A stretch of 64,000 nucleotides of DNA from Patescibacteria group bacterium. GTDB lineage: Bacteria; Patescibacteriota; Microgenomatia; Daviesbacterales; UBA10151. The position numbers were made by a program, and so were the translations under genes. Under the pieces are notes generated by a model that saw nothing but the letters and a program-made list of their open reading frames with translations, made no database searches and had not been told where the DNA came from. The DNA lies in NCBI GenBank assembly GCA_038064895.1, contig JBBTSA010000002.1, forward strand, positions 8,942 through 72,941. Reading direction: 5' to 3'. Within the stretch, counting starts at the first letter, position 1. Each line of letters starts with the position of its first letter. This document shows positions 19,600 through 28,493 of the stretch, piece after piece.

Positions 19600-21678
19600 A
19601 TGCTGGATAGGATAATAATCTACTCCTTTTATCTACTTTTTTCCTTAACTCCCCTTTTTTGGACATCATTAAATTTTGAGCTTTTTGAATATAACAAGAT
19701 GCTTTTAGTTTATGGATTAACTGTTGTCATTGTAGGTGCATGGGTTATTAAATCCATAAATCAGAAATCATTCATTATAAATCGAACGCCGCTAGATATC
19801 CCTTTGCTACTTTTTCTTGGAGCAAATATATTATCCACAATATTTTCCATAGATACCCATACCTCAATTTGGGGATATTATTCGCGCTCTAATGGGGGTT
19901 TATTATCCATTATCTCCTACCTTTTATTATACTTTGCTTTTGTTTCAAATTTCCCAAAAGATAAGCTTAAAACCTTATTTAAATTTGCATTAGCATCAGG
20001 CCTAATTATTTCTATATGGGGGATTTTTGAACATTTCGGAGTATCACCATCATGCGTGATTTTAAGGGGTGAGGTTAATGCTTCTTGTTGGGTTCAGGAT
20101 GTCCAAGCAAGGGTCTTTGCAACACTGGGCCAGCCCAATTGGATGGCAGCCTACCTTTCCATGCTTATCTTCCCGGCTCTTTACTTTTTCTTAACTGAAA
20201 AAAACAAACTTCCTTATTACATACTACTTATTACATACTACTTAGCATTTACTTTCACCTATTCTAGGGGGCCTACACTAGGGTTGATAGGTGGGATGGT
20301 TGTTTCCATTCTACTGTCATCCCGACGAATGTCGGGATCCAATTCCGACTCATACATTTTTAATTGGATTCCTGCATTCGCAGGAATGACAAAACAAATG
20401 GTTGTTGTATTAATCTCATTCTTATTTGTCAATGTCCTTTTTGGTTCTGCTCTAACATCCTTCAGGCTTGTTTCCAAATTTGCTACTCCTGCAAGACCCT
20501 CTATTTCTCTCCCAGCTACACCTCAATCAGGTACCCAACTTGAGACCGGGGGCACAGAGTCCGGCCAAATTAGGTTTATTGTTTGGAGAGGAGCCTTGGA
20601 TATATTTAAACACTACCCAATTTTTGGTTCAGGTTTGGAAACCTTTGCCTACTCCTATTATCAATTCAGACTAGCTGCCCACAATTTGGTGTCAGAATGG
20701 GATTTTTTATACAACAAAGCCCATAATGAGTATCTTAATTACCTGGCAACAACTGGAGTTGTGGGATTTGGAACTTATACGTTGGTGATTGGAACCTTTT
20801 TGGTATGGAGCATGAAATATCTCGTCATTGCGAGGAACGAAGTGACGAAGCAATCTGTTTCATTAGCAAGATCGCCACGCCATGTACCAGAGCGGTACAT
20901 GGCTCGCGATGACGTTTTGTTTGTTGTTGCACTTCTTGCCTCCTACATCTCCTACCTTATCTATAACTTCTTCCTCTTTTCAGTTGTCATAATTGCACTC
21001 TTTTTCTATCTTTTCCCTGCTCTTGCCTTTGTTGCAACAGAATCTTTAAAAGTTTTCAGGGTACAGGGCAGCGTTTTGAGTTGGATATATAGAAGACCAA
21101 TGTATACAAGAATTACTAAAGGGCTAATCATACTTATTACCATATACTTACTATTTACTGTCTTTAAAATCTGGTATGCAGATACTTTATTTGCCAAGGG
21201 TGAAAAAGCATCAGATTCAGGAAATCCAGGAAGAGCATATAACTTATTATCTTTGGCAACATCAATAAATCCTTCTGAACCCTTTTTTAGATCCGAGCTT
21301 GCTTATTCTGCTGCTCAAGCTGCTGCAGCCTTAAAAGATGAGGATGCTTCTCGTTCTGCAAGCTTAAAAGATGAAGCAGAGGTAGAAATGTTAAAAGTTC
21401 TAAAATCCAATCCTAATAATGTCTCGTTCTTAAGAAGTGCAATAAGAACCTATTTTGAGTTGTCAGTTTTTGGTAAGGCATATACACAAAAAACGCTTGA
21501 GGCTATAAATAGGGCAACTGGACTTGCACCAACTGATCCAAAGCTTTACTACAACAAGGCTCTGGTTTTGGAATCTGCAGATAAAAAGGATGAATCTTTA
21601 GAGGCTTTAAAAAAGGCATTGGAGCTTAAACCTAATTATTTGGAAGCCAAGGAGCATCTGGATGAAATCAATCGCTAA
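19600..21678 (+). CDS. O-antigen ligase-like (Wzy_C) membrane protein with C-terminal TPR
   Basis: ATLGQPNW, TYSRG, GSGLETF, KAHNEYL, many TMs, TPR tail. Confidence 0.88.
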   Translation: MLDRIIIYSFYLLFSLTPLFWTSLNFELFEYNKMLLVYGLTVVIVGAWVIKSINQKSFIINRTPLDIPLLLFLGANILSTIFSIDTHTSIWGYYSRSNGGLLSIISYLLLYFAFVSNFPKDKLKTLFKFALASGLIISIWGIFEHFGVSPSCVILRGEVNASCWVQDVQARVFATLGQPNWMAAYLSMLIFPALYFFLTEKNKLPYYILLITYYLAFTFTYSRGPTLGLIGGMVVSILLSSRRMSGSNSDSYIFNWIPAFAGMTKQMVVVLISFLFVNVLFGSALTSFRLVSKFATPARPSISLPATPQSGTQLETGGTESGQIRFIVWRGALDIFKHYPIFGSGLETFAYSYYQFRLAAHNLVSEWDFLYNKAHNEYLNYLATTGVVGFGTYTLVIGTFLVWSMKYLVIARNEVTKQSVSLARSPRHVPERYMARDDVLFVVALLASYISYLIYNFFLFSVVIIALFFYLFPALAFVATESLKVFRVQGSVLSWIYRRPMYTRITKGLIILITIYLLFTVFKIWYADTLFAKGEKASDSGNPGRAYNLLSLATSINPSEPFFRSELAYSAAQAAAALKDEDASRSASLKDEAEVEMLKVLKSNPNNVSFLRSAIRTYFELSVFGKAYTQKTLEAINRATGLAPTDPKLYYNKALVLESADKKDESLEALKKALELKPNYLEAKEHLDEINR
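20315..20391. repeat. In-frame palindromic element encoding ...WIPAFAGMT
   Basis: tgtcatcccgac...gtcgggatcca...tggattcctgc...gcaggaatgaca. Confidence 0.88.
20823..20914. repeat. In-frame CGTCATTGCGAG palindromic element (VIARNEVTKQS...ARDD)
   Basis: cgtcattgcgagg...gaagcaatct...agatcgccac...gctcgcgatgacg. Confidence 0.9.
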
Positions 21679-21925
21679 AGCCATTGCAGAGGTCAAATAC
21701 AAAGATAGGCCCAAAAATATAGCTTATGAGTTCCAGGAATATGGAGTATATTTAGCAGAATCCTTGGATGATACTAAGCATTACTCCCTTTATATAAAGC
21801 TGGCAAAAGAAGTTGACAGAAAGCTTTTAGAAGAAGCCCTAAATTTCACAAAAGGATATTATGGAGCAAAATCAAAAGCAAGAGTATTTATGTGGAGATT
21901 AACCCAACTGCGCAAAGTTAAGTAA
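21662..21925 (+). CDS. Small conserved-looking hypothetical protein
   Basis: EFQEYG..LA..L.D.KHYSLYIKLAK...FMW; overlaps the upstream gene. Confidence 0.7.
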   Translation: MKSIAKAIAEVKYKDRPKNIAYEFQEYGVYLAESLDDTKHYSLYIKLAKEVDRKLLEEALNFTKGYYGAKSKARVFMWRLTQLRKVK

Positions 21926-21942
21926 TCTGTTAAAATTGCCTC

Positions 21943-22263
21943 ATGGATATTGTAAAAGCACCTAATCCAGCTTTAAAGGTTCAAACCAAATTGGTTAAAA
22001 AGATCACACCGGGTTTGATTCAAACTCTCAATAATATGATTAAGCTTACCAAAACTTTTAAGGATCCTGAGGGAGTAGGTTTGGCAGCTACTCAGGTGGG
22101 TTTGGATCAATGCTTCTTCGTAGCCAGGCTGCATGATTCAAAACATTCTCCTCCATCAGAACCTGGACAACGTCAAAAAAGATGGAAAAATTACAAAAAA
22201 GATTTTATATCTATTATAAATCCACAAATTTTATCTTTTTCCAAGAAAACCAAAATTACCTAA
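21943..22263 (+). pseudogene. def: Truncated divergent copy of peptide deformylase (N-terminal half)
   Basis: Aligns to 23183-23764 through GVGLAATQVG but lacks EGCLS and HEVDH. Confidence 0.85.
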
Positions 22264-22274
22264 GGGAGATTAAA

Positions 22275-23090
22275 CTAGATACCGCAAACAAGAACTCTAC
22301 CACTGGCATCAAAAAAAGAATCATCTCCATACCCACTAGCTTCAGAATACAAGCTATCGCCAGAATAAAAGTATGGTTGTTCTTGTTCTTTCCCCATTTC
22401 CAAGAGGAGAGCACAACCATTAGATTGATGCAGACCGCTTGTCGCATCACTACCAATTAAGAAAAAATGGTGAAATTCACTGGTCTTAAGATCTGGTCTT
22501 GTAATTGACAAGCCCAAGCCATCCCAATGATTTCCTAATCGCAGATGATCTCCTAAGTATCCACCCCAAATCAATTTTCTTAAGGCTAGGCAATTGACAT
22601 ACCTAGATAAATACCTCCCTTCGAGCAAATCTGTCACATACTCAGGTTCATGATGTTCACCGCGAGCCTGCAATTGTAGTGTTAAAAGACGTTCTTTATT
22701 ATCCCTAATTTCAGTATTGTATTTATCACCTACATGTAACCAGGTACCATATGATTGTTCTGGAAGATTGATACCCCTAGGATCCTGCAATTCTTCTATA
22801 TCTATAGTGGCAAAGGGATAAAGCGGAGGTCGATTAATCTTAAAACCTACAGCCTCAGCTAGTTGCCAAACAGTAACTTGTTCAAATTTTGGAACAAGAA
22901 TAGGTGTATCAACTCCAAGTTCATCAAACTCAGGTTTTCTAGTTGGGAAACCAGCCGGTAAGACTTTAAAACAATCATCCTTATTCATCCCTAAGACTCT
23001 GGTGACACCTTCAAATATCAATTCCCTTTGTATATCAAATTCTTCATTAAGAGGAATATTAGGGTATCTATTTTCTGCATCAATAACCAT
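22275..23090 (-). CDS. Hypothetical protein
   Basis: 271 aa ORF with its own upstream TTGACA and -10-like boxes. Confidence 0.6.
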   Translation of the reverse strand: MVIDAENRYPNIPLNEEFDIQRELIFEGVTRVLGMNKDDCFKVLPAGFPTRKPEFDELGVDTPILVPKFEQVTVWQLAEAVGFKINRPPLYPFATIDIEELQDPRGINLPEQSYGTWLHVGDKYNTEIRDNKERLLTLQLQARGEHHEPEYVTDLLEGRYLSRYVNCLALRKLIWGGYLGDHLRLGNHWDGLGLSITRPDLKTSEFHHFFLIGSDATSGLHQSNGCALLLEMGKEQEQPYFYSGDSLYSEASGYGDDSFFDASGRVLVCGI

Positions 23091-23182
23091 AGTGGTATTG
23101 ATTCTAGCATATTATAGGACTTTTGTCAAACACCGGAGTTTTTGAAAATGCGAATAGGTAAATTTTTTGTTACAATTCCATC

Positions 23183-23764
23183 ATGTTACAAGTAATCCAT
23201 GCACCTGATCCAAGACTTAAAATTCAAACAAAGTTTGTAAAGAAAATAAATGGCGGTCTTTTAGCTACCTTAAAGGACATGATCAAACTTACTAAAACCT
23301 TTAAAGATCCGGAGGGAGTTGGTTTGGCAGCAACACAGGTTGGGCTTGATGAACGCTTTTTTGTAGCCAGATTACATGATTCTAAACAAATCCCTCCATC
23401 AAATCCAACCCAGCGAAGGGAAAGGTGGAAAAACTATAAAAAAGACTTTGTTGCAATTATCAATCCTAAAATTTTGTCATATTCTAAGCGTATCAAGCCT
23501 TATTTTGAGGGATGTTTATCCATTCCGACAATATGGGGTCAGGTTAAACGTCATACATCCGTAAAAGTATCTTATCAGGATGAAAAGGGTAATAATATTA
23601 AAAAAACCTTAAAAGGTATTCCTGCTTGGATATTTCAACATGAAGTTGATCATCTGGATGGGATACTGTTCACAGAAAGAGTCTTGCAGCAAAAAGGGGA
23701 GTTTTATAAATTCAAAGGCAAAGATAAAACAGGAACGGATGTATTTGAAGAAATTACATTATGA
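23183..23764 (+). CDS. def: Peptide deformylase
   Basis: GVGLAATQVG, EGCLS, QHEVDHLDG. Confidence 0.97.
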   Translation: MLQVIHAPDPRLKIQTKFVKKINGGLLATLKDMIKLTKTFKDPEGVGLAATQVGLDERFFVARLHDSKQIPPSNPTQRRERWKNYKKDFVAIINPKILSYSKRIKPYFEGCLSIPTIWGQVKRHTSVKVSYQDEKGNNIKKTLKGIPAWIFQHEVDHLDGILFTERVLQQKGEFYKFKGKDKTGTDVFEEITL

Positions 23765-24687
23765 AAACACAACATCCACAAATTATTCATCCCGGTCAGA
23801 CTGTTTTCTTAAGAGAAGACTTAGATGTCAAAAAGTATCTGGTGAAAATACCTAGGCAGAATATAGAGATTGTATTTTTTGGATCAGATAGCTGGTCTAT
23901 CCATGTTCTTAAAACATTAGAAGATAATTTTGATGTTAAAGCTGTAGTTACTGCACCAGATTCTGCTGTAGCTAACCATTTTAAAGGCCCTGTACTCACT
24001 CCAGACACACTTGATGAGGCTTTTCTTACTACCAACTACCAACTACTAACTACTAACTTATTTATAGTAGCATCATATGGGAAAATCATACCAAAAGCCA
24101 TCTTAAATATTCCAAAATACGGTGCCCTAAATGTCCATCCATCTCTTTTACCCAAATATAGAGGTCCATCCCCCGTGCCTGCAACTATTTTAAATGGAGA
24201 CAAAGTTACAGGGGTAACTATTATTAAAATGGATGAGAAAATGGACCATGGACCTATTGTTGCAGTAAAGAAGATTAGATTAACAGGACGGGAAATTTTC
24301 CCGGATTTGATCAATAAATTGTTTCAACTTGGAGGAGAACTTCTAGTTAAAATTATCCCAGATTATATTACGGGAAAAATAAAACCTCTTGGACAAAATC
24401 AAGCAATGGCTGTATTTTGTCCAAGACTTAGCAGAAAAAGTGGCTATTTTGATATTGAAAAACCTCCATCCCCTGAAATGTTGGACAGGATGATTCGGGC
24501 CTACTATCCTTGGCCGGGAGTTTGGACCCGCTTTCGCCCTTCGGGTTCCAGTGGGCAAGCCCGCATTGTAAAATTCTTACCTGGAGGAATGCTACAAATG
24601 GAAGGCAAAAAGCCAATATCTTTTAAAGACTTCCTAAACGGCTACCCGGATTTTCTTTTAAAAAGTATTACTCTTGACAAAAAGTAA
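23761..24687 (+). CDS. fmt: Methionyl-tRNA formyltransferase
   Basis: IVFFGS, NVHPSLLPKYRGPSP, MDHGPI, IRAYYPWP; follows def. Confidence 0.95.
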   Translation: MKTQHPQIIHPGQTVFLREDLDVKKYLVKIPRQNIEIVFFGSDSWSIHVLKTLEDNFDVKAVVTAPDSAVANHFKGPVLTPDTLDEAFLTTNYQLLTTNLFIVASYGKIIPKAILNIPKYGALNVHPSLLPKYRGPSPVPATILNGDKVTGVTIIKMDEKMDHGPIVAVKKIRLTGREIFPDLINKLFQLGGELLVKIIPDYITGKIKPLGQNQAMAVFCPRLSRKSGYFDIEKPPSPEMLDRMIRAYYPWPGVWTRFRPSGSSGQARIVKFLPGGMLQMEGKKPISFKDFLNGYPDFLLKSITLDKK

Positions 24688-24711
24688 TACTTATGGTATC
24701 TTGGTATTACT

Positions 24712-24972
24712 ATGTATAATGTATACACTTCCACTTTAACTTCTAAAGGTCAGGCTACAATTCCAGCTCCTGTTAGACGTAGGCTTGGCTTTAGACCAGG
24801 GCAAAAAATTATCTTTGCCGAAAAAGGTGGTAACATCTACATAAGCTCAGCTGTGGATTTATCAGAACTTAGGGGCTCTTTAAAACCTAAAGTTAAAACT
24901 AAATATAGCGATAAAAAGGCTGATGAAACTATTGGTAGAATGTTTGCTGCTGAATATGCCAAAACTCGTTGA
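24712..24972 (+). CDS. AbrB/MazE-family antitoxin
   Basis: STLTSKGQATIPAPVRRRLG. Confidence 0.9.
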   Translation: MYNVYTSTLTSKGQATIPAPVRRRLGFRPGQKIIFAEKGGNIYISSAVDLSELRGSLKPKVKTKYSDKKADETIGRMFAAEYAKTR

Positions 24973-25345
24973 CACGAATTTAATAGTCCGTTTTCTACTT
25001 AATGATAATCCGCAACAAGCCTTAGCTTCCGAAAAAGTTTTTAAACAGTCTTCCGATTTGGTTATTACTGATATTGCTGTCGCAGAAACAGTTTGGACTC
25101 TTCAATCCTTCTACGGCTTCTCAAGACAAGAAATCGTTGAAAAAATTTTTAAATTTCTCCAGTCTAAAAACTTCATTTGTAATCAAGAACTCCTCTTTAA
25201 CAGTCTTTTCTTATACCTAAACCATAATATTTCTTTTGTAGATGCTTATTTTGCAGCTTACGCGGAAATTGAAAAATTAGAAGGTATTTATTCTTTTGAT
25301 GAGGGGTTGGATAAAATTAAAACTATAAAAAGATTCAAACCCTAA
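24956..25345 (+). CDS. PIN-domain (VapC-like) toxin
   Basis: LVDTNLIVR, ISFVDAY, IYSFD. Confidence 0.9.
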   Translation: MPKLVDTNLIVRFLLNDNPQQALASEKVFKQSSDLVITDIAVAETVWTLQSFYGFSRQEIVEKIFKFLQSKNFICNQELLFNSLFLYLNHNISFVDAYFAAYAEIEKLEGIYSFDEGLDKIKTIKRFKP

Positions 25346-26601
25346 AGACTTCCTAAACGGCTACCCGGATTTTCCAATACAACACATCGCCTAGAAGCTC
25401 TTGCTCTTTCTATCTCCCCAGCAGCAATTAAACGCTGTCTAGACTTTTTAACCTTATCTTCTGTCGCATCAAGCAAATCTGCAATTTGTACATTAGAAAG
25501 TTTTTCACCTGGGTTCATTAACGCAGCTACTTTTGTATCACGCTCATTAATCACCTCAGGCAGAGGTTGTCTCCTTTCCACTTTCTTTTTAGGTAGTAAA
25601 CGTCTACTGATAGAATTTTTAACAGAAGATTCTAAGACGTCAAGCAAATCTGCAATTTGAGGTACGGAATATGTACCTGATCTTCTCAAACTTTCTACTT
25701 CCACATCAAGTACAAGGTTGGCGGTACTAACTGGTCTGCCTGCTGTTCTCCTTTCTACTCTCCCCTCAGCAATTAGGTGCTGCAGAGAATATCTGACAGA
25801 CCCTAAATTCCTACTGACTTTTACTGCAATCTGCGGGTTAGAATAACCTTCTCTCCTTAAATCTATTATATTCCTATCATTTGGTATGATTCCAAAATAA
25901 TGCTCAAGTTCTGTTGCTTCAGATGTATCAAAATAGTAATAATGCCCCAGATTTCTTCTCCTGTGGTGCACATTAAATCCGTAGTCACGTAAATGCTGAA
26001 AAAGCTCTGCCAGAGATTTTGGGGATTTTCTCCCCAAATCATGAAGTACTAAACGAAGTGGCTTAAACGGAGGACTCCAAAGTTTTGGCCAGGACGGCTC
26101 TCTATCAGTCTCCTGGACTGGAATTTCGGGCAATTCAGGAATGGGGAACCCTGCTGCCATTAAAGCTCTGCGTCTTGGCGACATTAAATATGGCTTATGC
26201 CCAAATTTGATTGCTACTTCCTTTGAAGTGGCTCCTGCTAAAAAATCACGCACTATCAGAATAACCGAATCCATTCTCCATCCATGTTCAGGAAAAATTT
26301 TTCTCACAACAGCTACTAAAGGTGCCCTCTCAACTTGCCTTACTCTCAAACCAACTGATTGTCTAATATTTCCTGTTGCTCTAGCAATTTCACTTAAGCT
26401 ATACCCATTAGCATACAAAAAACTCTCTGTCTCTCTTGTAGTAACGCAGGCTGTTCTTAAACGCATTAGCTTCTCATGCAATGGCATCCAACCACTAATA
26501 GTAGTATTAATACCCAAGTGGGCACCTAGCTTTGCATAAGGAGACTCGCCTATTAGGTCAAGTCTAAATGAGTTAGCGTCTACTTGTTCTGCTTGAACCA
26601 T
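25342..26601 (-). CDS. Hypothetical protein with multiple HTH-like repeats
   Basis: Repeated GYS..QIA and S..QIADLLD...VK.S motifs. Confidence 0.65.
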   Translation of the reverse strand: MVQAEQVDANSFRLDLIGESPYAKLGAHLGINTTISGWMPLHEKLMRLRTACVTTRETESFLYANGYSLSEIARATGNIRQSVGLRVRQVERAPLVAVVRKIFPEHGWRMDSVILIVRDFLAGATSKEVAIKFGHKPYLMSPRRRALMAAGFPIPELPEIPVQETDREPSWPKLWSPPFKPLRLVLHDLGRKSPKSLAELFQHLRDYGFNVHHRRRNLGHYYYFDTSEATELEHYFGIIPNDRNIIDLRREGYSNPQIAVKVSRNLGSVRYSLQHLIAEGRVERRTAGRPVSTANLVLDVEVESLRRSGTYSVPQIADLLDVLESSVKNSISRRLLPKKKVERRQPLPEVINERDTKVAALMNPGEKLSNVQIADLLDATEDKVKKSRQRLIAAGEIERARASRRCVVLENPGSRLGSL

Positions 26602-26605
26602 AGTC

Positions 26606-26833
26606 TTAAGCTGATACAGCAGCCTGGCTTGAAACTGAAAAAGGAACTTTTACCATCCTTAAACATTTAGTACAGTATTTTTCTCCTTTATACATATGAA
26701 GGTTGGGTTTTTGGAATCTTTTGTGAATTGGGGCCCTAAGAGCCCAGACACCTCCTGCTCCTGAAGAACCTTTTTTATGCCTTGAAAAAGATATTTTATT
26801 TTTACCTTTGCCACACCTAAAACATACTGTCAT
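26606..26833 (-). CDS. rpmB: 50S ribosomal protein L28
   Basis: MTVCFRCGKG...RFQKPNLH...YCTKCLR from the ATG at 26833. Confidence 0.85.
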   Translation of the reverse strand: MTVCFRCGKGKNKISFSRHKKGSSGAGGVWALRAPIHKRFQKPNLHMYKGEKYCTKCLRMVKVPFSVSSQAAVSA

Positions 26834-26852
26834 ATTGTGGTAATATAACATA

Positions 26853-27491
26853 ATGAACCCGGAGTTTCTAGCCCTATCCATAGTCATTTTGTTATTCTCT
26901 GTTATTGTCCATGAGGTTATGCATGGGTATGTTGCCAAAAAATTTGGTGACCATACAGCAGAAAAAGCTGGCAGGTTAACCCTAAATCCAATACCCCATA
27001 TTGATCTTTTTGGAACAATTCTACTTCCGGGGCTTTTAATTTTTACCGGCTCCCCAATTCTTTTTGGATGGGCAAAACCGGTTCCTGTTAATCCTTTGAA
27101 CTTTACAAGTTTAAGAAAAGGAGAGCTTATGGTTTCTGCAGCAGGAATACTCTCCAACTTTGGTTTAGCCATAGCTGCAGCTTTAATTTATCATATCCTA
27201 AATGCCTTACCACAAACTTTTCCATTTTTACTGGGGGCACTTTTAAGATTCACAGTTACCATAAATTTGGTTTTGGGAGTATTTAATTTATTTCCTATTC
27301 CTCCTCTGGATGGATCAAAAGTGCTTTTATCTCAACTTCCTTATCATTTGGCAAAATCCTATCAAAGACTTGAGCCATATGGCATCTTGATACTTCTAAT
27401 TTTTCTTATGGTTCCATTTGGCCAAAGTTCACTCCTACATACAGTTTTGGGCTTTTTTGTAAGACTCTTATCCAGCTTTCTTGGATTTTAA
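26853..27491 (+). CDS. Site-2 protease family (M50) membrane metalloprotease
   Basis: HEVMHG, GRLTLNP, FNLFPIPPLDG. Confidence 0.95.
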   Translation: MNPEFLALSIVILLFSVIVHEVMHGYVAKKFGDHTAEKAGRLTLNPIPHIDLFGTILLPGLLIFTGSPILFGWAKPVPVNPLNFTSLRKGELMVSAAGILSNFGLAIAAALIYHILNALPQTFPFLLGALLRFTVTINLVLGVFNLFPIPPLDGSKVLLSQLPYHLAKSYQRLEPYGILILLIFLMVPFGQSSLLHTVLGFFVRLLSSFLGF

Positions 27492-27572
27492 TTTCTTACT
27501 TGACATTTTTTTATCTTAATATTACTATTAAATTATCCTAAAGGACATTTTGTAGATGGCCTAAAGGATTGA

Positions 27573-27611
27573 TCCTGAGCGATCCCGAGCTTGTCGAGGG
27601 AGAGCGAAGGA
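27573..27611. repeat. Nested REP-like palindrome
   Basis: tcctgagcga[tcccgagcttgtcgaggga]gagcgaagga. Confidence 0.8.
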
Positions 27612-27612
27612 C

Positions 27613-27767
27613 TGCCCTACATAGCACGTTTAAAGCCAGAATATTTTTCTTCATTGTTTTGTAACTATACGGGGGTTTGGAAGTTGGCGGATCGTAAAGA
27701 TACACCACAGAACACCCACCTCAAATTACTTGAGGGAAAAATTTGGCTAAACGACTGTAGTAGGGAG
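27613..27767 (+). ncRNA. ssrS: Probable 6S RNA
   Basis: Long irregular hairpin (ccctac/gtaggg, cgttt/aaacg, agcca/tggct, atttttc/gaaaaat), central bubble with 3' hairpin cctcaa/ttgagg, terminal stem-loop. Confidence 0.55.
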
Positions 27768-27848
27768 AAATTATATTTTGTTTAAACCATTCTCATATTT
27801 CAATTTCTTTCCCAATTTATTTGGTGTGTGTTAAAATTTAATACGTTT

Positions 27849-27919
27849 GCCTCCTTAGCTTAGTGGTAAAGCAGCGGTTTTGTAAACCGTCGACGGCAGT
27901 CCGATCCTGCCAGGAGGCT
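27849..27919 (+). tRNA. tRNA-Thr(UGU)
   Basis: Cloverleaf gcctcct/aggaggc, anticodon arm gcggt-tt TGT aa-accgt. Confidence 0.92.
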
Positions 27920-27928
27920 CAAACTTAA

Positions 27929-28000
27929 GCCGACGTAGCTCAGTAGCAGAGCAACTCCATGGTAAGGAGTAGGTCGTGGGTGCAGTCCCCACCGTCGGCT
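27929..28000 (+). tRNA. tRNA-Thr(GGU)
   Basis: Cloverleaf gccgacg/cgtcggc, anticodon arm actcc-at GGT aa-ggagt. Confidence 0.9.
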
Positions 28001-28024
28001 CCCATATGATATACTAATCCCTCT

Positions 28025-28195
28025 ATGGCTAAAGGTAACAGAATTTTAATAGGTCTTGTTTGTTCTGTTTGCAAAAACAGGAATTATATAACTGAAAAGA
28101 ATAAGCTGGAACAAAAAGAAAAGCTTGTTTTGAGTAAATTTTGTAAACACTGTAGAAAATCAACGGAGCACCAAGAAACCTCCAAATTGGACTAA
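28025..28195 (+). CDS. rpmG: 50S ribosomal protein L33 (not in the ORF track)
   Basis: Manual translation MAKGNRILIGLVCSVCKNRNYITEKNK...KFCKHCRKSTEHQE. Confidence 0.95.
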   Translation: MAKGNRILIGLVCSVCKNRNYITEKNKLEQKEKLVLSKFCKHCRKSTEHQETSKLD

Positions 28196-28243
28196 TTATC
28201 TAATTTGCTACGATTTTTGCTTTCGGGTACAATTGAAAAGTCT

Positions 28244-28317
28244 AGGGGCGTCGGTCAGTGGTAGGCCCTTGCTCTCCAAAAGCAATGACAGAGGTTCAAT
28301 TCCTCTCGCCCCTGCCA
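28244..28317 (+). tRNA. tRNA-Trp(CCA)
   Basis: aggggcg/cgcccct acceptor stem, ttgct-ct CCA aa-agcaa, GGTTCAATTCC, encoded CCA end. Confidence 0.93.
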
Positions 28318-28325
28318 GTTAAGAC

Positions 28326-28391
28326 TTAATATTGTCTGTATTTATCATGTTTTCCTATATCAATAAAAAGTACTTGTGATTCATCAATCCA
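28326..28391 (-). pseudogene. C-terminal relic of a RelE/YafQ-like toxin
   Basis: Minus strand reads WIDESQVLFIDIGKHDKYRQY*, resembling the DIGxHD end of YafQ/RelE toxins; N-terminus missing. Confidence 0.5.
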
Positions 28392-28493
28392 GCTGCAGCC
28401 TTTCCAAAAGATCAAGGCCAATAATTGCCCCTATCGGTTAGTCTATGTCAATATGACATACATAAGATACAAGGCCTGCAGGTCTTGGATTTT

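Larger units (their letters stand above)
24624..25374 (+). repeat. Perfect 32 bp direct repeat (24624-24655 and 25343-25374) flanking a TA module
   Basis: taaagacttcctaaacggctacccggattttc occurs twice. Confidence 0.93.

Noticed and set aside
26834-27172. Long N-terminal extension of L28 in the ORF track
   Set aside because: It is antisense to the site-2 protease gene; L28 starts at 26833 after its own -10 box.
27740-27765. Group I intron R-like motif (ctaaacgactg)
   Set aside because: No matching S motif or interrupted host gene; the segment is explained as the 3' strand of a 6S-like stem.
27591-27785. 64 aa ORF MSRESEG...
   Set aside because: It starts inside a palindromic repeat and overlaps the structured RNA candidate.
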